Shown here: positions 22,814 through 33,600 of the stretch, in pieces
How positions within the stretch are numbered: the first letter of the stretch is position 1
Layout of the letters: the number at the start of each line of letters is the position of its first letter
From: Octopus sinensis
Lineage: Eukaryota
Direction: 5' to 3'
Length of the DNA stretch: 64,000 nt
Assembly (NCBI RefSeq): GCF_006345805.1
Contig: NC_043007.1
Coordinates: forward strand, 43,338,001-43,402,000
Program-made: the position numbers and the translations under genes
The notes under the pieces: generated by a model
What the model was told of the DNA's origin: nothing
Databases searched by the model: none
Seen by the model: the letters and a program-made list of their open reading frames with translations, nothing else

Positions 22814-25330
22814 ATGGGTAGCAATTGTTTCCAGTCAGAATGATGGCCTGACCCTTTTAAGAACCCTCAAAACTTATTAACTTTTCACTCGATTTTCTAA
22901 TGTGCAATTACAAGATTGTCTGTGTTTTGTGATTGATGATTTTGTCAGTGTTGTTTGGCCGAGGGCTCTCAAGTTTTTTAAATGCTTTTCATCTTTAATG
23001 GACCATGACATTTAGAAGATGGTGAACATGACAACACAATGCATGAAGGCATGAACCATGGCTGAGCAGGGTTGCAGGCAAAGTTATTTTAGCTGTGATC
23101 ATCACTCCATTTTCCTGGAATCAAATTTAATGCATCATTTTCTAAAACTGTTGGTATGATTTGAGGGAGATCTAGCTGTGATTTCTAACAGATCAAGCAA
23201 CCACATGGAGGTTCCCTCAATTTTTGTAATGATAATGGATAACCTCTCAATTAGTGATGGTGACTTCACTCAAATGTTGTAGATAGTATGATGCAGCACC
23301 ATACAGCCTTATATGATGGATCACATTCAAATGAAGCACCTGATCATTTGGGTTTTGTGAGGGAGATGGTGGGTTGTTATCCTAGGGTAGAATGCTCCAA
23401 CACCTGTAAGCAGTAATCTCACTTTCAAAATACAGTTTATTTCATGTAGTTGAAGCTTCTTTAACATTTCATGTATTTAAAACTAATTTCCATTAATTAA
23501 CAGGTTTATTCTCATGGTATTTGACTAAATGTTACAAATAATTAACCAAAGCTATTAAATATCAATTTGCTAGCGTATCAAGCAAATATGTGTCGAAATT
23601 TATGTTGTCATTGAATCAACAAACCTGAGAATTAAGATCATCTTAATAATTTATTTCAAATGGGAAAGTGATAAGAAAGATGATTCCCTCTTTGTTTTTA
23701 TAAGCTTATTGAATTACCTGATCAGAAAGCTGCAAGTATTACTAAGCATCCCTTTAAATATTACATCAATCATGGATTTGATGATGTTTACTTGAAACAA
23801 ACTTGTGGCACTTACTAGTGACAGGGTAAGCATAATACTTGGTATGAAATATAGTGTTGCAACACTATATTAACTGATGTGAAAATCTGGCACTTTCTTG
23901 AGTAGAACTTAGAACTTGTAGTGGGTGAATCAGAAAACTTCATGAAATTAATCATTCTCAGTGAATAAATTTATAATCAATTACCTCTGAATCAGATCTC
24001 ATTGATTCCTATTTTACTCTACTGGACCTCTATACCAATTCACTGTCACCATCATCATCATCTACACTAAGCAAGTGACCATCACTCCTAATGATATTGA
24101 ATTCACTCACCTCATCAGTGGTGAAATGGTTTATATTGTGTCAATATAGCTAATAGGATGGTCCTTTTCAAGATCCCCATATTATTTATGGTTTTGTAAA
24201 TGTGAATAGAATGCACTATAAGTTGAGTACTTTGTGATTTTGAAACTATTTTAATGTTCTAATATTCTTGGAGCGGCAATGTTTGTTTGTTTATGTGTAT
24301 GTGTGTGTGTGTATGTAATGTGATTTGTTTATATTGGTTTCAAATTTTGGTACAAAGGCAGCAGATTTATGGGGAGGGGCCAAGTCATTTAAGTTGACCC
24401 CAGTGTTCAAGTGGCACTTATTTTATCGACCTTGAAAGGATGAAAGGCAAAGTCGATCATGGTGGAATTTGAACTCAGAACTTGAAGATGGATTAAATGC
24501 CACTAAGAATTTTGTCTGGCATACTAACAATTCTTTCAGTTCACCACCTTATGACTTGTTTATATTGACAATAATTTTAGCACAGTAGATGTTGAAATAT
24601 GACTGTCGTAATTTTACAGATATACTGGTAACTTCTTATCTCTTTTGACGAGAACTTTTTGGATCATTATATCTTGTGTAGTCATTGATTCTTCCATTAC
24701 CCTCAGTGGTGACATATTGTTTTATGATCTAGAATGTGAAACTACTGAAGTTGGCAAAGATAATAATTTACCAGAAACTTAGCACTGAAACGAAAGCAAA
24801 AGAATTGTTTTCTTTGAAATAAAATAAACTGTGATACAAATCTGATGTAATAAAGTAGTAATTGTAAAATCAAATTTCTGTAAAATATCTTTGAGTTATT
24901 TTACAATGTTATTAATAATAAACTACTATATAAAAATTAGACAGAATAATATTATCAAAAGCAATTAGCTGGTGTTCACTAATACATAAGATCTACAAAG
25001 CAGTATGCAGTGATTCACCAAATGCATTGGTTCATTACAGTATGCAGCTGAATTATGTATCAATCCCAAATTTGCAAGAAAATTAAATGTACTTTCAACA
25101 TTCATTTATTCCCATAAAGTAAGAGAACAATGGCAAATCTGTGCACACACACACACACACACATAGAGGCACAGGTATGGCTGTGTGGTAAGAATTTTGC
25201 TTCCCAACCACATGGTTTTGGATTCAGTCCTACTGCATGGCAACTTGGGCAAGTGTTTTCCATTAAAGCCTTGTGAGTAGATTTGTTAGACAAACACTGA
25301 AAGAAGCACATTGTATTTATATGTATATGT

Positions 25331-25500
25331 GGAGGTGCAATGGCCCAGTGGTTAGGGCAGCGGACTCGCGGTCGGAAGATCACGGTTTCGATTCCCAGAC
25401 CGAGCATTGTGTGTGTTTATTGAGCAAAAACACCTAAACCTCCACAAGGCTCCGGCATGGGGTGGTGGCGACTCCTGTTGTACTCTTTTTAACGGCGGTG
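25331..25500 (+). mobile_element. tRNA-derived SINE family C (head ggaggcgcaatggcccagtgg)
   Basis: A/B-box-like head; a better preserved copy lies at 29649-29936. Confidence 0.7.
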
Positions 25501-25850
25501 CATCAGCATGGCCACAGCTCTGAGCTGAAACTAGAGAAAAAAAAATGTCTGTATTTGTCCCCTGACACCACTTGACAACTGGTGTTGGTATGCTTACATA
25601 CACTTACCTTAGGGGTTCAGTAAAAGAGGCCAATAGAATAAGTACCAGGAGTAAAAAAGAAAATAGAAAATAAGTACAGGGGTCGATTCACTTGACTAAA
25701 ATTCATCAAGGTGGTGCCTCAGCATGACAGCAATCTAATGGCTGAAACAAATAAAAGATATATATATATATATGAACTTAGATAAACTTAGATATGTTTC
25801 GACCAAAGATTGGTCCAGGCCATGTCTAACTTAATATATATATATATATA

Positions 25851-26672
25851 GAGGTTGGACAAAATAATAGAAACACCTGGCATCATAATTTTGAAATATC
25901 TATAAAACTGTCAAAAGCTTGTTTATTATTGTTTTTTGATTTATCATTAGTGTTGCTTAATATGTTTTGCTAAAATTGCTGTTTCTTTTCAGATATCATC
26001 GGAAAAAGGAAATTAAAATTCATCAAAATGACAGATCTATTGGACTTTCAAAGAGGTCAAATTGTTGGTGCTCATATGGCAGGCGCTAGCATAATGAAAA
26101 CAGCCAAAATATTTGGTGTATCAAGAAGTACTGTCTTGAAAGTAATGACAGCCTTTGAGAAAGAAGGAAAAACCTCCTCAAAAATCCAGAAGATATTTTC
26201 CTTTTTGTGTAATTTAAACGATAATTTATTCACCGCACCCTGTATATGATAATAATAATAATAATAATAATAATGAAATTATTGTATACAGTGCTCAGGT
26301 GCACCACAACTTGTCAGAAAGTGCATATAAAGTACATGCAGTAATGTAGAAATGTCTGGAAAGTGAACAGTGTATGAGTCAGATACATGCTTGTGTGTGT
26401 ATGGAGGGGAGAAAATCAAGTGTAGTGTTGGCGAATCTCAGGAAGCATGGAAGTTTTGAAGGATGCAGTGCTCCGACAACTAACAACCGATGCCGGCAGT
26501 TTGTTCCATGCTTCAGCAACTCTCAGCGTGAAAAAATGTTTCCTGAAGTCATGGGAGCTGTGCTGTTTTCTTACTTTGTAAATATGTCCACGGGTGTTAG
26601 ATGGGTGGAGTTTGAAGAGGTGCTCAGAGTTATTGTTTGTGTGATGGTTGATAATTTTATATATATATATAT

Positions 26673-26711
<39 letters not shown>

Positions 26712-27499
26712 GTTGGACAAAACACCTGGCATCATAATTTTGAAATATCTATAAAACTGTCAAAAGCTTGTTTATTATTGTTTTTTGATTTATCATTAGT
26801 GTTGCTTAATATGTTTTGCTAAAATTGCTGTTTCTTTTCAGATATCATCGGAAAAAAGAAATTAAAATTCATCAAAATGACAGATCTATTGGACTTTCAA
26901 AGAGGTCAAATTGTTGGTGCTCATATGGCAGGCGCTAGCATAATGAAAACAGCCAAAATATTTGGTGTATCAAGAAGTACTGTCTTGAAAGTAATGACAG
27001 CCTTTGAGAAAGAAGGAAAAACCTCCTCAAAAATCCAGAAGATATTTTCCTTTTTGTGTAATTTAAACGATAATTTATTCACCGCACCCTGTATATGATA
27101 ATAATAATAATAATAATAATAATGAAATTATTGTATACAGTGCTCAGGTGCACCACAACTTGTCAGAAAGTGCATATAAAGTACATGCAGTAATGTAGAA
27201 ATGTCTGGAAAGTGAACAGTGTATGAGTCAGATACATGCTTGTGTGTGTATGGAGGGGAGAAAATCAAGTGTAGTGTTGGCGAATCTCAGGAAGCATGGA
27301 AGTTTTGAAGGATGCAGTGCTCCGACAACTAACAACCGATGCCGGCAGTTTGTTCCATGCTTCAGCAACTCTCAGCGTGAAAAAATGTTTCCTGAAGTCA
27401 TGGGAGCTGTGCTGTTTTCTTACTTTGTAAATATGTCCACGGGTGTTAGATGGGTGGAGTTTGAAGAGGTGCTCAGAGTTATTGTTTGTGTGATGGTTG

Positions 27500-27509
<10 letters not shown>
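25851..27509. repeat. Tandem duplication of an ~810-bp composite unit (period 849-858 bp): Tc1-like 5' fragment + mariner-like terminus + CR1-like 3' tail
   Basis: Copies at 25851-26660 and 26709-27509; identical ORF peptides at 26028 and 26877; bounded by (TA)n/(GA)n. Confidence 0.9.
26028..26180 (+). pseudogene. Truncated Tc1-like transposase N-terminus (paired-like HTH); second copy at 26877-27029
   Basis: MTDLLDFQRGQIVGAHMAGASIMKTAKIFGVSRSTVLKVMTAFEKEGKTSS downstream of the TIR-like gaggttggacaaaataatagaaacacc. Confidence 0.8.
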
Positions 27510-27543
<34 letters not shown>

Positions 27544-27690
27544 TGAAATGGATAAATGAATTATCTTGTTAAGGATTATTCAAAATTTAACCGATACCTG
27601 GGTAGCAAAAATCACAACAGAAAAAACACGGTTGAAGTTACGACCTTGGGGTGTCGCAACCGTGCCTTAGCGCGGATAATTGAAGTTTGA

Positions 27691-28085
27691 TATATTTAGT
27701 GAAGGGAAGAAATGAAGCTGAACGAAGATGCTACAGAATTCCTTTTATTATTTTCTACACATGTTTCAAAGGCCGCAAATTTCCAAATTCGGATTGAATA
27801 AGGAGACCATTTTGCAGCATTCTCTTCAGGAAAATCCAGGAATTTAAAAATCCAAAACAAATGCGCAGCAAGGTATTCGAACAAAACCTAAGGAGCGTTT
27901 TGTTCGAATACCTTGCTGCGCATTTGTTTTGGATTTTTAAATTCCTGGATTTTCCTGAAGAGAATGCTGCAAAATGGTCTCCTTATTCAATCCGAATTTG
28001 GAAATTTGCGGCCTTTGAAACATGTGTAGAAAATAATAAAAGGAATTCTGTAGCATCTTCGTTCAGCTCCATTTCTTCCCTTCAC

Positions 28086-28093
<8 letters not shown>
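27691..28093. mobile_element. 403-bp palindrome (197-bp arms, one mismatch, 9-nt loop) carrying a type I hammerhead ribozyme motif in each arm
   Basis: Arms 27691-27887 and 27897-28093; the ORF track gives the same peptide on both strands. Confidence 0.9.
27949..28034 (+). ncRNA. Type I hammerhead ribozyme motif (mirror copy 27750-27835 on -)
   Basis: Stem I ATTTTC/GAAAAT, core CTGAAGA (27955-27961), long stem II, GAAA (28017-28020), stem III AC-ATGT-GT, cleavage triplet GTA (28026-28028). Confidence 0.7.
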
Positions 28094-28134
<41 letters not shown>

Positions 28135-28140
28135 ATATTA

Positions 28141-29490
28141 CCGCATCGACTGGCCTCCGTGCTGTGGGCACGTAACAAGCACCATCCGATCGTGGCCGTT
28201 CGCTAGCCTCATCTGGCACCTGTGTCGGTGGCACATAAAAACACCATCCGAAGACCCGGCAAGACGAGTCAGGCCATAACCCGTGGCCCCTACCAGGGAC
28301 GTAGTCAGTCCACCTGTGCATACCTTCCTTCTTGTGACACTTGTGAAGACCGTTGAGGCAAGTGAAAATCAAAACAAATCAAAATAGATGAACATCAATG
28401 GAATTTGTATCTTTGTGGTACCAGTGCCGGTGGCACACAAGGAAACTATCCGAACGTGGCCGTAGCCAGTACCGCATCGACTGGCCTCCGTGCTGTGGGC
28501 ACGTAACAAACACCATCCGATCGTTCGCCAGCCTCATCTGGCACCTGTGTCGGTGGCACATAAAAACACCATCCGAAGACCCGGCAAGACTAGTCAGGCC
28601 ATAACCCGTGGACCCTACCTGGGACATGCATACCTTCCTTCAGTCCACCTGTGCATACCTTCCTTCTTGTGACACTTGTGAAGACCTGTTGAGGCAAGTG
28701 AAAATCAAATCAAAACAAAGCAAAATAGATGAACATCAATGGAATTTGTATCTTTGTGGCACACAAGAAAACCATCCGAACGTGGCCGTAGCCAGTACCG
28801 CATCGACTGGCCTCCGTGCTGTGGGCACGTAACAAACACCATCCGATCGTGGCCGTTCGCCAGCCTCATCTGGCACCTGTGTCGGTGGCACATAAAAACA
28901 CCATCCGAAGACCCGGCAAGAATAGTCAGGCCATAACCCGTGACCCCTACCTGGGACGTAGTCAGTCCACCTGTGCATACCTTCCTTCTTGTGACACTTG
29001 TGAAGACCTGTTGAGGCAAGTGAAAATCAAAATCAAATCAAATCAAAATCAAAATCAAAATCAAAATAGATGAGCATCAATGGAATTTGTATCTTTGTGG
29101 TACCAGTGCCGGTGGCATACAAGAAAACCATCCGAACGTGGCCGTAGCCAGTACCGCATCGACTGGCCTCCGTGCTGTGGGCACGTAACAAACACCATCC
29201 GATCGTGGCCGTTCGCCAGCCTCATCTGGCACCTGTGTCGGTGGCACATAAAAACACCATCCGAGTGTGGCCGTCTGCCAGCCTCGTCTGGCACATGTGT
29301 CGGTGGCACATAAAATCACCCACTACACTCTCGGAGTGGTTGGCATTAGGAGGGGCATCCAGCTGTAGAAACACTGCCAGATCTGACTGGCCTGGTGCAG
29401 CCTTTGGGCTCCTCAGACCCCAGTTGAACCGTCCAACTCATGCTAGCATGGAAAGCGGACGTTAAATGATGATGATGATGATGATGATGA
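28141..29490 (+). mobile_element. RTE-type 3' region with ~330-356-bp tandem repeats (3+ units) and (ATG)n tail
   Basis: ccgcatcgactggcc anchors at 28141, 28472, 28798 and 29154. Ends cactacactctcggagtggttggc...ccaactcatgctagcatggaaagcggacgttaaatgatgatg, homologous to the RTE tail at about 42360-42530. Confidence 0.75.
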
Positions 29491-29544
<54 letters not shown>

Positions 29545-29545
29545 A

Positions 29546-29589
<44 letters not shown>

Positions 29590-29597
29590 TGTGTGTA

Positions 29598-29630
<33 letters not shown>

Positions 29631-29648
29631 ATATGTGTGTGTGTGTGT

Positions 29649-29936
29649 GGAGGCGCAATGGCCCAGTGGTTAGAGTAGCGGACTCGCGGTTTCGCTTCCC
29701 AGACCGGGCGTTGTGAGTGTTTATTGAGCGAAAACACCTAAAGCTCCACGAGGCTCCGGCAGTGGGTGGTGGCGATTCCTGCTGTACTCTTTCGCCACAA
29801 CTTTCTCTCACTCTTTCTTCTGTTGGCCTGCTCGCTTAGCCAGTGGGGTGGCGTCATTCGAAGGCTAAAACAATGCGAAGCGCATTGTGACCAGCGATGT
29901 TTAGCAACCTCTGATAGCCTGGTCGGTCACGGTGAT
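29649..29936 (+). mobile_element. tRNA-derived SINE family C, CpG-rich young copy
   Basis: ggaggcgcaatggcccagtggttagagtagcggactcgcgg...cccagaccgggcgttgtgagtgtttattgagcgaaaacacc; flanked by (TG)n/(TA)n. Confidence 0.75.
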
Positions 29937-30559
29937 ATATATATATATATATACATACACGCACATGCATATATATATATATATAGTCTATCACTTGTTT
30001 GTTCTTTATTTTTACAAGACTTTTGCTTTCATATCTCTCCCTTTATTTTCTTCTCACTCCTTCACTTTCTACAGTTCTCTCATCGATACAGTTTTCTCCT
30101 TCCATTCTCGCAAGTTTTTTCTTTTTCTCCTCTAAACCTGTTGCTCTAGCTTTGTGTCAGTTCTCTATCCGCACTTGCAATTTTATTGCCTCTACCGACT
30201 GTTTTCCACAAATATATTGACATACACACTATCTTTTACAACACTAACTACATAAATAACAGACTCAGCGATTTAATCTAACAGCAAGTAATAAGACCAT
30301 TCTACTTATTCATTCATCCTCCCATAATCATATCTACTGACATAAAATATGTAATTTTGCAAAAATAGTGTTATCTCCCTTCAAATGATGATCTCCTTTC
30401 TCATTTATATAATCTCTTGAAGATAGTTTACTAGTATGTCGCCTATTATAGGCTAGCATCAAGTACTCTTGTCGCTAGTTTTTCGTTCTTTAATCTCTTC
30501 GGCATCTTTTGCTTTATATATAGTTATTGTCTAAAAGAAACGTAAATCAACAAGTAGCC

Positions 30560-30657
30560 ATGGCAAATAATAACAACGAGGAAAAAGCTCGCCAGCTCCT
30601 ACTCCAAGCAGAGAAAAAACTCGGATCTTCGAAAGGTATTCTCTCGTCATTGTTTGG
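30560..30657 (+). CDS. NAPA: alpha-SNAP coding exon 1 (98 nt)
   Basis: MANNNNEEKARQLLLQAEKKLGSSKGILSSLF(G); donor GG|GTAAGC; phase 2. Confidence 0.93.
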
Positions 30658-33600
30658 GTAAGCATTTTTTGATTACAATGTACACCCAATTACTCCGCTT
30701 CCAATGTTAGAAAAAAATATATATGGTAGGATAAAAATAAAAATAAAAAGGATGAGCAAATACAGAATGGTGTTTCCTACATTGTCGAATCTAAGAAAAC
30801 TGTTATTTATGACTGTATGTGTCTGTAAATATGTATTTACCCGTCCCTCTCTTATACGAAAGAAAACTCCCCAAATTACCCTAGAATTTGGTTATCTCAG
30901 ATGAATGTATTTATTTCAGTAAATAGTGCTCACTTTTGACCAGACTGTCACTTCACATATGAATATGAATTCCACATATTAAAAAAATCTTTTTCCTTTC
31001 GACTTGCATCGTCTTGGTTGTATTGTGTTCTTTGGATATTCGAACGCGCTGGCAACAGATATGTTCTTATATATACATTAATTTTACATATTTATGCATA
31101 CACATATCTTATTTATACATATATGCTTTACATTACTTATTACAAGGATATATATATATATATATATATATAAAATAATAACTGGAGTTTATACTCTATC
31201 AAACGGATACACACATACATGTTCTTATACATTATTCATACAACAATATCCACATTTGAGGTCTAGGATTTGTGACCTATTGAACAGTTTATAACCTAAT
31301 TAACGTAGATATACCTGTATTTCTATTTGTGTGTGTGTTAAATATAATGTAATGTTGATTTTACTACCCCGATATCAGTCGGGTTGGCTGTCAAAGAAGT
31401 CAACTCAGTTCACACCAGTATTATCTCTGACATTACATCAGGATCGATTATTTGTCATTACGAGTAACCTATAATATTATGGTATCAAGTCTGTGTGTAT
31501 GTCTAATCTTGTGTATGTATGTGGATGGATTTGTTCATTCTAGTGGACGTGTGATATGATTAGTATTTTTATTTATCATACATGACGTGATGTGATATTT
31601 TCATCTCCGTTTAACAAAATAGATATTTATTATAATACTGCCAATTGTCATATTACAAACACGAGCATTCTTCGGACTACGTAATAAATAGATTTCTCTA
31701 AATAACAAGTGTTCAATTTTTCGCATATATTTACCGTTATAACACACACATATATATATACATATGTATGTATATATGTATGTTTTATTCCTAATGGACA
31801 CCAAAACATTTTGCTTTTTGTTGTTTTAATTTTCTTTTCGTGGGATCTAGCTTTAAAGGAATTTTAGGATTTACACATTTCTTCTTAACAAAAGTATTAT
31901 TCTGAAAACAAGGATTGAAGGCTTAGATAAAATTATTTTGATTTGAAAATCCTCAAATTTTGGTGGTGGTGGTGGGAGATAAGGCATTTGTATTTTGTAG
32001 TAATTTAAAGGCCTCACAGTAGTTATATGATTATTATTATGAGATCGTTACTATTTTTTCTGTCGTTATTTATTATGCATGCACTATGCTACCACCTTAA
32101 GTTTTTGGCGAAGCAAGACCGCAACATAGTTTCGATTCACAGTTGAAATTAATTCTACTGCATCGCTAATGAAAAAGGCATAAACGTCATCATAGCACAT
32201 TTTAGATTGTCTTTTGGGAATTTATAACTTCATGATTATTCCAAGAGATTGTTGATTATTTGTGTCAATGCCCAACGTAAATCGTCACTAAAATAGTAAA
32301 CACTCATATACATAAAAGCTATCAACATAAAGCTATTATCATAATGAATGTACATGCAAATAATTTTGCAAAACCAATATTCATATAGAGCATGAATGCA
32401 CGAATTTATAGTGGGGACAAGAGTTATGTTTATAATTCAAAGGCACTTTATATTTTCGTTGCAAAATAATGTAAAGAAAGATTGATTGACTGTCTTTACT
32501 TTCAGCAACAATTTGGTGGTGTGATTCGATAGGAGATCCAAATTAAATTCTTACATCAGATTTTCCAAGCACAAGAAAAGTACTGACAGTGGTTCTACTA
32601 AATTCGTTATTTTCAAAATTAATTGTAAGAAAGGCAGTGTATTTCATCCGAAAGTAACAAATGGTGAACTACTTTCTTTAAGTTTATAATAAATAAGTTA
32701 TAAGTAGTTATTACCTCGTATCGTGCGTGTGCATCTCAGCATATCAAAAAACCGCTTGTTTGTAAGGAACTATCTGAAAAGTGGGCGTTGGTATTGAAGA
32801 AAGATTGAGTTTTATTTTATTTAGGAAATGGGATACTATTTTGGAGAGGGCCTAGGCTTAGTTAAATGAATTGGTTCTTGTATTTCATTGTTCTGGGAAG
32901 GATGAACAGTTAAGTAGATATTATCAACAAAGAAGTATTGCATTTTGGAAACTATTATATAAGCATGAAACCTGAAATTATTATAAGCAATATGTTGAAA
33001 GTTTAGCATTTATAATTAATTAATGGTGCACTAAGCAGTGGATGATGATATTTAACATATTTGTGAATATTCAAATGTGGAAACTGTCTTTGTAGACTTG
33101 TGTGCATAAAAATTAACCATGTTGGGCTATGAATAATGCTAGTGAACTTTAAAGTGTTTCTGTGTAGTTTCATCAGTTACAGACATTGAATCAGTTGTTC
33201 TTAGCTCACTAAAATCAGCCAGTCTTATATGTAAAGAGCAAAAAAAAAAAAACATTTTGCTGGTACTTGCTAAGCTTTGTCAAATTGGAATTAATTAACA
33301 CACTAAAGGTGGTGAGCTGGCAGAATCATTAGCACGCTGGGCAAAATGCTTTGTGGCATTACATTTTGTCTTTACATTCTGAATTCAAATTCCATCAAGA
33401 TGAACTTTGTTTTTCATCCTTTGGGGGTTAGTAAAATACATACCAGCTGAGTACCGGGGGGGGGGGGGTGTCAATGTAATTGACTTACCCCTGAGCTTGC
33501 TAGCTTTGTGCCAAAATTTGAAATCAGTTAAAGACACCACTATGCAGCAATCTCTACCTGAAGAAGAAATGTATCTTACATGCAGAAATGTATCTTACAC

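Noticed and set aside
23220-24800. Possible minus-strand exons (acceptor near 23403, donor near 24106, acidic peptide at 24030-24130)
   Set aside because: No consistent open frame or recognisable protein; could be transposon relics or lncRNA but is unsupported.
28141-29300. CRISPR-like regular repeats
   Set aside because: Eukaryotic context; these are ~340-bp tandem units without unique spacers, and no cas genes are present.
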